64,000 nt of DNA from contig DATCOE010000054.1 of the NCBI GenBank assembly GCA_036564885.1, positions 7,198 to 71,197 on the forward strand, read 5' to 3'. Positions 44,062-52,484 of the stretch are shown piece after piece. Below the pieces are notes generated by a model, which saw nothing but the letters and a program-made list of their open reading frames with translations, searched no databases and was not told where the DNA came from. Position 1 is the stretch's first letter. Each line of letters starts with the position of its first letter. The position numbers and the translations under genes were made by a program. Source of the stretch: Gaiellaceae bacterium. GTDB lineage: Bacteria; Actinomycetota; Thermoleophilia; Gaiellales; Gaiellaceae.

Positions 44062-45123
44062 ATGACCAAGGTCAAACTCGAATACATCTGGCTGGACGGC
44101 TACGAGCCCGTCCCGAATCTCCGCAGCAAGACGAAGATCGTGGAGTTCGCCGGCGAGCCGACCCTCGAGGAGCTGCCCGTCTGGAACTTCGACGGCAGCT
44201 CGACGCGGCAGGCCGAAGGCAGCAGCTCGGACTGCCTGCTGCAGCCGGTCGCTCTCTTCCCCGATCCGGCCCGGGCGAGTGGAATGCTCGTGATGTGCGA
44301 GGTGCACCTGCCCGATGGGGCGCCGCATCCATCGAACAGCCGCGCCACGATCCCGGACGATCCCGACACGTGGTTCGGCTTCGAGCAGGAGTACTTCCTC
44401 TACCGGGACGGCGCCCCGCTGGGCTTCCCGCGCGAGGGGTTCCCCGCGCCGCAGGGCGAGTACTACACGGGCGTCGGCTTCAAGAACGTCGGGGACGTCG
44501 CACGCGAGATCGTTGACGCGCACATCGACCTTTGCCTCGAGGCTGGGATCAACCTCGAAGGCATCAACGCCGAGGTGGCGAAGGGCCAGTGGGAGTTCCA
44601 GGTCTTCGGCCAGGGCTCGAAGCGGGCCGCGGACGAGGTGTGGGTCGCCCGGTACCTGCTCCTGCGCCTCTGCGAGCGCTACGGCGTGGACGTGAACTTC
44701 CACCCGAAGCCACTCGGCATGGAGCACGACTGGAACGGGTCGGGGCTGCACACGAACTTCTCGACCAAGCACCTGCGCGAGGTCGGCGGCGAGGAGTACT
44801 TCGAAGCGCTCATGGTCGCGTTCGACGAGTACAAGGGCGAGCACATCGCCGTGTACGGCCCGGACAACCACATGCGGCTGACCGGGCTCCACGAGACGCA
44901 GGCGATCGACAAGTTCAACTACGGCGTCGCGAACCGCGGCGCGTCGATCCGCATCCCGCACAGCTTCGTCTCGAGCGGCTTCAGGGGGTACCTGGAAGAC
45001 CGTCGTCCGAACTCGCTTGGCGACCCGTACCGGATCGCCGGGCGGATCCTGGAGACGATCGAGACGGTGCCCACGAACGCCTTGGACACGTCGGCAGGCA
45101 TGCCCGCGGCCGTGGCGGCGTAG
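44062..45123 (+). CDS. glnII: Glutamine synthetase type II (eukaryote-like)
   Basis: About 350 aa with FDGSST, the WNGSGLHTNFS motif and NRGASIRIP. SD AGGAGGA lies 7 nt upstream. Confidence 0.9.
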   Translation: MTKVKLEYIWLDGYEPVPNLRSKTKIVEFAGEPTLEELPVWNFDGSSTRQAEGSSSDCLLQPVALFPDPARASGMLVMCEVHLPDGAPHPSNSRATIPDDPDTWFGFEQEYFLYRDGAPLGFPREGFPAPQGEYYTGVGFKNVGDVAREIVDAHIDLCLEAGINLEGINAEVAKGQWEFQVFGQGSKRAADEVWVARYLLLRLCERYGVDVNFHPKPLGMEHDWNGSGLHTNFSTKHLREVGGEEYFEALMVAFDEYKGEHIAVYGPDNHMRLTGLHETQAIDKFNYGVANRGASIRIPHSFVSSGFRGYLEDRRPNSLGDPYRIAGRILETIETVPTNALDTSAGMPAAVAA

Positions 45124-45125
45124 CG

Positions 45126-45479
45126 ATGCACAAGGTCGAAGCAGTCGTGATTCGCGAGCGCGTCGAGACGGTGATCGACGCCGTCGAGCACGCCACCGGG
45201 CACGTCGGTGTGACGGTGATCGAAGCGATTGGCCACGGTCGCGAGCGCGGTGTGACGCATGAGTACCGGGGCCGCGTATTCGAGTCGCGGTTTCTGCCGA
45301 AGACGCTGCTCGTGTTCGTGGTCGCCGACCGTCACGTCGACGCGGTGATCGCGGCGATCGTCGATGCGGCGCGGAGTGGGAACGAGTCGGGTGATGGGCT
45401 CTGCTGGGCCTCGCCGGTCTCGCACGTGATGCACAACCGGACGGGCGTGAGCCTGGAGGAGGTCGAGGTCGGTGCCTAA
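45126..45479 (+). CDS. glnB: Nitrogen regulatory protein P-II (divergent GlnB/GlnK)
   Basis: 117 aa with a P-II fold pattern, T-loop GHGRERGVTHEYRG and FLPK...GDG blocks. Starts 3 nt after the glnII stop. Confidence 0.75.
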   Translation: MHKVEAVVIRERVETVIDAVEHATGHVGVTVIEAIGHGRERGVTHEYRGRVFESRFLPKTLLVFVVADRHVDAVIAAIVDAARSGNESGDGLCWASPVSHVMHNRTGVSLEEVEVGA

Positions 45480-46872
45480 GAACCATGATCTGCTGATCGC
45501 GGCTTCGACCATCTGGGTCGTCGTCACGGCGATCCTCGTCATCTTCATGCAGGCCGGCTTTGCATTCCTCGAAGCCGGGCTGACAAGGATGAAGAACGCC
45601 GGGCACATCGCCGGCAAGAACGTGTTGATTTTCGGAATCTGCTCGATCGTCTACTGGGCGGTCGGCTTCGGCTTGGCCTTCGGCGACGGCAACGCGATCT
45701 TTGGAACGGCTGGGTTCTTCCCGTCGGTGACCGCGATGATCGGCGTCGGGCAGAAGCCGTTCGACTGGTTCTCGGAGATCCCGGGCGCGGCCGGCTACCT
45801 GTTCGAGGTCGCGTTCGCCGGTGTCAGCCTGGCGATCGTCTGGGGTGCGATGGCCGAGCGGGCGAAGCTGTGGGTCTACTTCGTCTTCGGTGTCTGGTTC
45901 ACGCTCACCTATTCGGTGGTGTCGCACTGGATCTGGTCGCCGCACGGGTGGCTGTTCAAGCACGGCATGCAGGACTTCGCCGGCTCGACCGTCGTCCACT
46001 ACCAGGGCGCGTTGGCGGCCCTGGCGGGGGCGTTGATCCTGGGGCCGCGGATCGGCAAGTTCGGCACCGACGGGCGCGCGAATGCGATCCCCGGCCACAA
46101 CATCCCCTACGCCGTCCTCGGCACCCTGATCCTCTGGTTCGGCTGGTTCGGCTTCAACCCGGGCTCGACCCTGTCCGTTGATTTCGGCGGCTTCGGCTTC
46201 TTCGCCTATGTCGCGCTGACGACGAACATCGCCGCGGCCGCCGGGGCTGTCACCGGCATGTGCGTTGCCTGGGTGAAGCTCGGCAAGCCCGACATCTCGA
46301 TGATGCTCAACGGCGCCCTCGGTGCCCTCGTCGCCATCACCGCGGCTTCGGGCTTTGTGGCGCCGTGGGCTGCGATCGTGATCGGGGTCGGCTCCGGCTT
46401 CATCGCCGTGTTCGGCGTCATCTTCGTCGAGAAGATCGGCATCGACGACCCGATCGGCGCCGTCGCCGTGCACGGCATGTCCGGCGTCTGGGGCACCCTC
46501 GCAACCGGCATCTTCGCCGTCCCCCTGCTTGCGAAGAACCTCGCAACCGGCACAGGCGGGCTCGTCTATACCGGCTCCTTCCACCAGCTGAAGATCCAGG
46601 CACTCGGCTTGGTGGCCGTCGGCGCCTTCACCTTCACCACTTCCTTCGGCGTCCTCTTCGTTCTGCACAAGCTCTGGGGAATCCGCGTCGACGAGCACGT
46701 CGAAACTGGCGGGCTCGACGTCCACGAACACGGCATGTGGGGCTACCCCGAGTTCTACATCCCCGTCCCCGGCGGGTACGGCACCGAATCGCACGGACAC
46801 CTCGGGTCGCATCGCCCTTCCCCCGCAGGCGCCGCCCTCGCCACGCACGCCACGGCACCGGAGCCCGCATGA
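45472..46872 (+). CDS. amt: Ammonium transporter (Amt family)
   Basis: AGFAFLEAG and HGMSGVWG motifs, about 11 TM. The GTG start overlaps the P-II gene by 8 nt. Confidence 0.9.
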   Translation: MPKNHDLLIAASTIWVVVTAILVIFMQAGFAFLEAGLTRMKNAGHIAGKNVLIFGICSIVYWAVGFGLAFGDGNAIFGTAGFFPSVTAMIGVGQKPFDWFSEIPGAAGYLFEVAFAGVSLAIVWGAMAERAKLWVYFVFGVWFTLTYSVVSHWIWSPHGWLFKHGMQDFAGSTVVHYQGALAALAGALILGPRIGKFGTDGRANAIPGHNIPYAVLGTLILWFGWFGFNPGSTLSVDFGGFGFFAYVALTTNIAAAAGAVTGMCVAWVKLGKPDISMMLNGALGALVAITAASGFVAPWAAIVIGVGSGFIAVFGVIFVEKIGIDDPIGAVAVHGMSGVWGTLATGIFAVPLLAKNLATGTGGLVYTGSFHQLKIQALGLVAVGAFTFTTSFGVLFVLHKLWGIRVDEHVETGGLDVHEHGMWGYPEFYIPVPGGYGTESHGHLGSHRPSPAGAALATHATAPEPA

Positions 46873-47000
46873 CGAATGCACCCCGCGATCCGGAGCGGTG
46901 CACGTGCGCCGATCCAATCGTCGTAGTGAAGGCCACACGGAAAGGGGCGGCCAGCAGCGCGTGCGTGCGCTGCGGCCGCCCGATCCGGCTTTCCCTCTAG
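46869..47000 (+). CDS. 43-aa Cys4 (CxC...CxxC) zinc-ribbon-like micro-protein coupled to amt
   Basis: ATGA overlap with the amt stop. Sequence MTNAPRDPERCTCADPIVVVKATRKGAASSACVRCGRPIRLSL. GC3 about 79% by hand count. Confidence 0.45.
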   Translation: MTNAPRDPERCTCADPIVVVKATRKGAASSACVRCGRPIRLSL

Positions 47001-47019
47001 GAGCTCACGACGGCCGGCG

Positions 47020-47721
47020 TCACTGAATCCGGAAGGTGACGGTGATGTCGGCCGTGATGTCCTGCGTGCCCGGCTCGACTGGCGTCGCGTCGGATTTCGC
47101 GACGTGCGCAGCCTGCGCAAACACGGGTTGCGACGACGATCCCTGCTCTGTGACCGACGAGACCGGCCCGACGCCGAACCCGCCTGCCTCGCCGAGGGCG
47201 AGTGCCTTGGCGCGCGCGTCGTCGACCGCCTTCTTCAGCGCGTCGCGGTAGAGCCCGTCACGGCCGGAGACGTCGAGCGTCGGGCCGCTGACGGTGTTGG
47301 CGCCCGCTCCGACGGCGGCGTCGATCAGCGCGCCTGCGTCGGCGATCTTCGTCTTCGCCGAGACGGAGTTGTCGGCGACGTACGCGCTGACCTGGCCCTG
47401 CTGGTTCGTCTGCGGGTAGAGCGAGACCTGCTGCGTCTGGAGCTGCTCGCCCCCGGCGCCCTTGAGCGCGGCCACGACCGCGTTCATCAGCTTCGCGTTC
47501 TGCGCCAGCGCCTCTGATGCGGACGCGGCTTGAGTGTGGACACCGGCGGTGACCGTCGCCTCGTCGGGCACGACGGTGACGACTCCGTGGCCGAGCACGG
47601 TCACGGAGTCGGGCGGCGCGGTGTCACCGCGCGCGGCCTCGGGTCGGCCGATACCGGCGAAAGCGACGACGAGGAAGACCGCCACGGCGGCGGCGAGCAC
47701 GAGTGAAAATGAGTGTCTCAT
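47020..47721 (-). CDS. SIMPL/DUF541 family secreted protein
   Basis: N-terminal signal/TM, then the pattern VTVLGHGVVTVVPDEATVTAGV...ASEALAQNAKLMNAV typical of the 26-kDa periplasmic immunogenic protein family. Confidence 0.7.
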   Translation of the reverse strand: MRHSFSLVLAAAVAVFLVVAFAGIGRPEAARGDTAPPDSVTVLGHGVVTVVPDEATVTAGVHTQAASASEALAQNAKLMNAVVAALKGAGGEQLQTQQVSLYPQTNQQGQVSAYVADNSVSAKTKIADAGALIDAAVGAGANTVSGPTLDVSGRDGLYRDALKKAVDDARAKALALGEAGGFGVGPVSSVTEQGSSSQPVFAQAAHVAKSDATPVEPGTQDITADITVTFRIQ

Positions 47722-47758
47722 GCCCTGACTACGCCGCCGAGATGGTTTCCTGTCACAG

Positions 47759-48457
47759 ATGCGTTATGTCTTCGTGGACTGCCGCTGGTCGTTGGACGAC
47801 CCGGGCTTCGGCCGCCGGGCCTACCTCGAGGCGCACATTCCCGGCGCCGCGTTTCTGGACGTCGAGGGCGACCTCGCTGCGCCGCCTGGGCCGGGCGGGC
47901 GGCATCCGCTCCCCTCCACGGAGCAGTTCGTCACAGCCGCATCGCGCGCCGGGATCGGCCGCGGCGTCTTCGTGGTCGCCTCGGGCTCACTCGGCGGGGC
48001 CGAGCGGCTCTGGTGGCTGCTTCGTCACTTCGGTCACGACGCCTGCGCGGTGCTCGATCTCGAGGCGTGGCACGGCCCCCTCGTCGGGGGCGAAGAGCAG
48101 ACCGAGCCCGCGGCGTTCGAGGCACGCGAACGCGACGACGACACCATCTCCCGAGGCGAGCTCGCCGAGCAGCACGAGCAGCTCGTCGTCGTGGACGCCC
48201 GCGTGGCCCCGCGCTGGCGCGGCGAGGCGAACCCCGTCGACCGAGTTCCCGGGCGGATCCCCGGTGCGCTGAATGCACCCTGGAACGACCCGATCCCCGC
48301 GCTGCCGGACGGGGAGCTCGTTGCCTACTGCGGCTCTGGCGTCACCGCCTGCGCGGTCCTGCACCGGCTGCACCTGGCCGGGCGCGAGGGCCGCCTCTAT
48401 CCCGGCTCCTGGTCGGAGTGGGAGCAGTTTCCGGAGCTTCCGGTCGAACGGTCGTAG
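47759..48457 (+). CDS. Rhodanese-domain sulfurtransferase (thiosulfate/3-mercaptopyruvate type)
   Basis: Two rhodanese halves, with the active-site loop CGSGVTA. Confidence 0.8.
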   Translation: MRYVFVDCRWSLDDPGFGRRAYLEAHIPGAAFLDVEGDLAAPPGPGGRHPLPSTEQFVTAASRAGIGRGVFVVASGSLGGAERLWWLLRHFGHDACAVLDLEAWHGPLVGGEEQTEPAAFEARERDDDTISRGELAEQHEQLVVVDARVAPRWRGEANPVDRVPGRIPGALNAPWNDPIPALPDGELVAYCGSGVTACAVLHRLHLAGREGRLYPGSWSEWEQFPELPVERS

Positions 48458-48460
48458 AGC

Positions 48461-49015
48461 TCAGGCGGCCGCTGCTGCAGCCTTCGTCGCCGTCGCGTAG
48501 GGAGCCAGGTACCGCTCCCACCGCTGGGGGATCTTCGGCGTCGCGAGGCGGATGAAGAGCACGGGCGCGGGCGGGCGCGGGTGCACGGTCGGCTGCATGT
48601 GGATCTCGTGCGGCAGCCGATCTCCCTTGCGCAGGTTGCACGGGGCACACGAGGTGACGACGTTCTCCCAACTCGAGTCGCCGCCGCGCGAGCGCGGGAT
48701 CACATGGTCGAGCGTTAGGCGCCCACCGGCGCTGCCGCAGTAGACGCACTGCCAGCCGTCACGGGCAAAAAGAGCGCGGCGGGAGATCTTCCGCTGTACG
48801 AGGCGCGGCACCCGAACGTAGTGCACGAGCCGGATCACATGCGGCCACTGATAGGTGTCGGTGGCCGAGCGAAGTGGTCGGTCGAGCTTCTCGACCACCT
48901 CGGCCTTGCCCTTGAAGACGAGAACGTGGGCGCGGCGGAGCGAGCACACGTTAAGCGGCTCGTAACTCGCGTTGAGAACGAGAACCTGCTGCACCCTGCC
49001 GGGAATGTACCCCAC
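48461..49015 (-). CDS. HNH endonuclease family protein (McrA-like)
   Basis: CVYCG...LTLDHVIPRSRGG...WENVVTSCAPCNLRKG. Start uncertain: GTG 49015 sits only 6 nt from repeat copy D1, and GTG 48994 is the alternative. Confidence 0.8.
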   Translation of the reverse strand: MGYIPGRVQQVLVLNASYEPLNVCSLRRAHVLVFKGKAEVVEKLDRPLRSATDTYQWPHVIRLVHYVRVPRLVQRKISRRALFARDGWQCVYCGSAGGRLTLDHVIPRSRGGDSSWENVVTSCAPCNLRKGDRLPHEIHMQPTVHPRPPAPVLFIRLATPKIPQRWERYLAPYATATKAAAAAA

Positions 49016-49020
49016 GGACC

Positions 49021-49128
49021 GGTGTCTGACACCGTCTCGGGGCGCGCTGCCGCGTCTCTCCCACAAGGTGTCAGACACCTTTTCGTGCTCCAGGGCGCTA
49101 CCGCAGATCGGACGAGGTGTCAGACACC
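49021..49128 (-). repeat. Tripartite palindromic repeat element, locus D (inverted orientation relative to A and B)
   Basis: Copies at 49021-49033, 49067-49079 and 49116-49128. The reverse complement aligns with A and B (tcgtccga..., gcggtagcgcc, cgaaaaggtgtc blocks). Confidence 0.85.
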
Positions 49129-49139
49129 AACCAGCACCG

Positions 49140-49622
49140 CTAGCGGCCCATCGCCCGCTCAACCGCCTCGAGCTCCTCGGGGGAGAGGGCCACCGAGGTG
49201 CGGCCGCGGTCGAGCTCTTTCATGTAGATCCTGGCGTAATCGCGGCCCTGGATCGCGGTGACCACGACCCCGGTGCGGGCGGCGTCGAGCAGCGCGAGCG
49301 AGGCGGACTGGTGGCCGCCCGTGTCCTCGTAGGCGTCGTAGCGGACGATCGACGTGTTCATCACCGTGGCGTCGACCCGACGGTCGACCCGCGAGAGGCC
49401 TGAGGCCACCTCGTCGACAGCGCGGTGCAGGTCGTCGATGCGTGCCTGGAGTGACACCGAAAAGTCGACGAGGTCCTTGCGGCCGCCACCGAGCAGCACG
49501 CGCTGCGCCTCGCGAACGCGCCGCACCTTCACCCACCCCCACCACGCGAGACCGAGCCCGATCACGCCGACCGCTGCAGCCGCAACCGCGACAGCGAAGG
49601 CGACTGTCGCCGTCACATGCAT
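49140..49622 (-). CDS. DUF4446-like membrane-anchored protein
   Basis: N-terminal TM, then VRYDAYEDTGGHQSASLALLD...LSPEELEAV, which resembles DUF4446. ATG at 49622. Confidence 0.65.
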   Translation of the reverse strand: MHVTATVAFAVAVAAAAVGVIGLGLAWWGWVKVRRVREAQRVLLGGGRKDLVDFSVSLQARIDDLHRAVDEVASGLSRVDRRVDATVMNTSIVRYDAYEDTGGHQSASLALLDAARTGVVVTAIQGRDYARIYMKELDRGRTSVALSPEELEAVERAMGR

Positions 49623-49626
49623 TGCC

Positions 49627-50772
49627 TTACGGGAGCGAGAAGATCGCCGGGAAGGTCGCCTTGTTGTTGTCGGTGTTGTGCTCGCCCGGCACCGGCGCGA
49701 CATCGACGTTGACCGTCGTCTTCTGTGCGAACGGCACCTGGCCGAGATTCGAGAACGTGACGGACTTCTGCTGGCCCGGGTTGATCAGGTCGATCGTCTG
49801 CGTCTTCACGATCGCACCCTGGGGCTTCTGGATCGTCAGCGTCACCTTGATACCGACCTCTTGCGAGTCGCCCGAGTCGTCGACAGAAACGACGAACGCG
49901 AGATCGGTCGTCGCCGTGACCGTGTTCTCCGTCCCCGCCGACAGGGTCTGTCCGCCGGGGAGCACCTTCACGTCGACGATGTTCGTGCCGTGGATGCCTG
50001 TTGGCGTGCCGCCGGTCGACGCCCCGCGGAGCCGCTGGAGCACGAGCGACATCGAGCGCTCGGTGATCAGGTCGTGGTTCGCGACGAAGTGCGACTCGGG
50101 CGGAGCGACACCGCTCACGCCCTGCTTCTTCAGCTCCTGCGTGGCAGGCGCGAGGAAGAGGTCGTCCCAGACGACGTCCGAGGCGAGCATCCGGTCGGCC
50201 TGCTCCGCGAGGAGCGCCGCGTCGCCGGAGGCCTTCGAGGTCGCCGTCGCGCCGAAGGTCTGCGCGAGGCCCTGCGCGCCGCTGACCCGCAACTGGAGCG
50301 CCTCGATCAGGTGCTGGTTCTCGTCGCGGAGGGGTCCGGGTGGCGCAAGGTGCTGCGCGGCGGTGACGTTCTGGCGCTCCTGCTCGGCGATGCCGGCGAG
50401 CTTACCCTGGAGGTCGGAGACCTTCACGCCGGGCGTCGTCAGGGCGCCTGCGACCGACGCGCCGTCGTCCTCCGAGCTGCGCGCGATCGTCGCGACCTTG
50501 TCCATGTAGTGCTTGTACTCGTCGTGCTTCGAGGTTGACGCGCACGACTGGAGCAGCAGGCCGAAGAAAACGAGGACGGCGACGATGAGCGCGATTAGCG
50601 CGAGTAGCCGCAGCAGCGGCGTCAGGCCGTGCACCGGGCCTGCCGGCCGGCGCGGGCCCGTGCCGCGCCCGCCGCGGCGGGGCATGCGGACGCGCGACGT
50701 GGACTGGCCCTCGGTGGTCGCGGGCTCGTCCTCGAAGAAGTCGAACTGGATGTCGTCATCGCGCGGATCCAT
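49627..50772 (-). CDS. Membrane-anchored hypothetical protein with C-terminal CARDB-like beta domain
   Basis: Acidic/basic cytoplasmic N-terminus, one TM (LLRLLALIALIVAVLVFFGLLL), and an extracytoplasmic region ending in an Ig-like segment (NPGQQKSVTFSNL...NTDNNKATF). Confidence 0.6.
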   Translation of the reverse strand: MDPRDDDIQFDFFEDEPATTEGQSTSRVRMPRRGGRGTGPRRPAGPVHGLTPLLRLLALIALIVAVLVFFGLLLQSCASTSKHDEYKHYMDKVATIARSSEDDGASVAGALTTPGVKVSDLQGKLAGIAEQERQNVTAAQHLAPPGPLRDENQHLIEALQLRVSGAQGLAQTFGATATSKASGDAALLAEQADRMLASDVVWDDLFLAPATQELKKQGVSGVAPPESHFVANHDLITERSMSLVLQRLRGASTGGTPTGIHGTNIVDVKVLPGGQTLSAGTENTVTATTDLAFVVSVDDSGDSQEVGIKVTLTIQKPQGAIVKTQTIDLINPGQQKSVTFSNLGQVPFAQKTTVNVDVAPVPGEHNTDNNKATFPAIFSLP

Positions 50773-50843
50773 AACGGGTCGGAATCTACCGCGTTCTTTC
50801 GTGCCGAGCAGGGATTGTCCTGGCGGCAACGTACAAGCGCTCA

Positions 50844-52451
50844 GTGTCCTCGGCCGCGCTCGCGCACGACCTCTTCCTCGGCCGGTACCGGCCGCTGCGC
50901 CCCCTGGGCTCCGGCGGGATGGGCCACGTGTGGCTCGCCCGCGACGAGAAGAGCGGCCTCGACGTCGCGCTGAAGATCGTCGCCCGTGAGGGAAAGTCCG
51001 GGCACCGAGCCGAGCGGGAGGCGAGCGCGGCTGCCTCGCTGCGCCACAAGCACTGCCAGCGGATCCTCTCGCTCGCACGCGACACGTCGCACGTCTACAT
51101 CGCCTACGAATACGTCCCCGGCCGCACCCTGCGGGAGGCGATGCGAGCAGGCGAGCTCGACGACCGCAGCGCGATCGAGGCGGCGGCGCAGATCGCGGAG
51201 GCGCTCGCGCACGCCCACGGCAAGGGCATCGTTCACCGGGACGTGAAGCCGTCGAACGTCCTGCTGGCCGAGGCTCCCGGCGTCGACGTGCGGCTGCTCG
51301 ACTTCGGCCTCGCGCAGATGGCGGAGTTCGACACGCTCACCGCCCTCGGCGACATTCCCGGGACGCTCGCCTACATCTCGCCCGAGCGGCTGCACGGGCT
51401 GACCGCCACGGCCGCCGCCGACATCTGGGGGCTCGGGGTGCTGCTCTGGGAGGCGCTCGCGGGGGAGCACCCGTTCTGGTGCGGCGACATGGTCGAGACA
51501 TCGCGGCGCATCCAACACGGAGCGCAGCCGCTCGAGTCGCTGCGGCCGGACCTGCCCGGGCACCTACTCCAGACCGTCGCGAGCGCCCTCTTTGTGAACC
51601 CACAGCGGCGGCCGAGTGCCGAGCGGCTGGCGCAGGAGCTGCGCTCGCTGCCGAAGCGCCGCAGGCGCAAGCAGGGCGGCTCGAAGCCGTCGGCTCCCAC
51701 CCGCACCACAGCCGCCGCCATCGCCGGGCACCTGCTCCCGGGCGCGCTCGCGGGCGTCGCCTCCGGGTGGATTGCAACCCGGCTCCCCTTCTACCCGGCC
51801 CACTGGCCCCTCGGCCTCGCCGCCGCCGGCGCCGCACTCGGCTTTGCCGCGCCGCGTGCCGGGCTCGTCTTCGCCCTCGGCGTGGCGTTCTTCCCGCTCG
51901 CGAACATCTCGCTCGGTTTGGCGCTCCTCTACGCCGCCCTCGCCACCGGCTGGACCGCGCTCACCTGGAAGGACGCTCGCGCCGGCCTGCTGCTCGCGGC
52001 CGGACCGCTGCTGGCGCCGATCGCCGCGCTCGGGCTCGTGCCCGTCGCCGCGCAGCTCGCGCGCGGCCGCAGCCGCCGAGCCGCAACGGCCGGCGCCGCG
52101 GTCCTGCTGGCCGCCCTGATCGCCGGTCTGCGCCGCGTGCCCCTCCCGTTCGACGGCTCGATGCCGCCGCTCGGGCTCGGCGTCGCCGGCTCGAACCGCC
52201 CCTCGGCGGTCGCCGACGCGCTCTGGACGCAGCTCGCCGGCCATCCTGTCCTCCTGGTCGAAGCTGCAGTGCTCGCAGTCGCCGCCGCGGTGTTGCCGCA
52301 CGTTCGCAAGCGTGGCCCCTGGCCGGCCGCAGCGTTCGGGGCCGCGTTCCTCGCCTCGACCGCGCTGGCCGCGCCGGCGGCCGCCGTGTTGCCGCTCGTG
52401 GCGGCAGCCTGGCTGACGGCCGCGGCACTGGCCCTCGAACCGCGTCTTTAG
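50844..52451 (+). CDS. Hanks-type Ser/Thr protein kinase fused to a polytopic C-terminal membrane domain
   Basis: GSGGMGHV, VALK, HRDVKPSNVL, DFG and APE-equivalent SPE motifs. About 250 C-terminal residues form multiple hydrophobic helices. Confidence 0.85.
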   Translation: MSSAALAHDLFLGRYRPLRPLGSGGMGHVWLARDEKSGLDVALKIVAREGKSGHRAEREASAAASLRHKHCQRILSLARDTSHVYIAYEYVPGRTLREAMRAGELDDRSAIEAAAQIAEALAHAHGKGIVHRDVKPSNVLLAEAPGVDVRLLDFGLAQMAEFDTLTALGDIPGTLAYISPERLHGLTATAAADIWGLGVLLWEALAGEHPFWCGDMVETSRRIQHGAQPLESLRPDLPGHLLQTVASALFVNPQRRPSAERLAQELRSLPKRRRRKQGGSKPSAPTRTTAAAIAGHLLPGALAGVASGWIATRLPFYPAHWPLGLAAAGAALGFAAPRAGLVFALGVAFFPLANISLGLALLYAALATGWTALTWKDARAGLLLAAGPLLAPIAALGLVPVAAQLARGRSRRAATAGAAVLLAALIAGLRRVPLPFDGSMPPLGLGVAGSNRPSAVADALWTQLAGHPVLLVEAAVLAVAAAVLPHVRKRGPWPAAAFGAAFLASTALAAPAAAVLPLVAAAWLTAAALALEPRL

Positions 52452-52484
52452 ACTTGCCGCAGCCGGGGAACACCTCGGCCGCCC

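Noticed and set aside
43750-46938. Very long antisense ORFs: 1062 aa at 43750-46938 (minus), 795 aa at 53697-56084 (minus), 651 aa at 58567-60522 (plus, upstream part), 619-634 aa pairs around 29-32 kb, and many Arg/Pro/Ala-rich ORFs throughout.
   Set aside because: These are shadow frames of real genes in ~70% GC DNA. Their composition is low-complexity Arg/Ala/Pro/Gly. They lie antisense or out of frame to ORFs with clear family motifs (glnII, amt, rodA, pknB and others).
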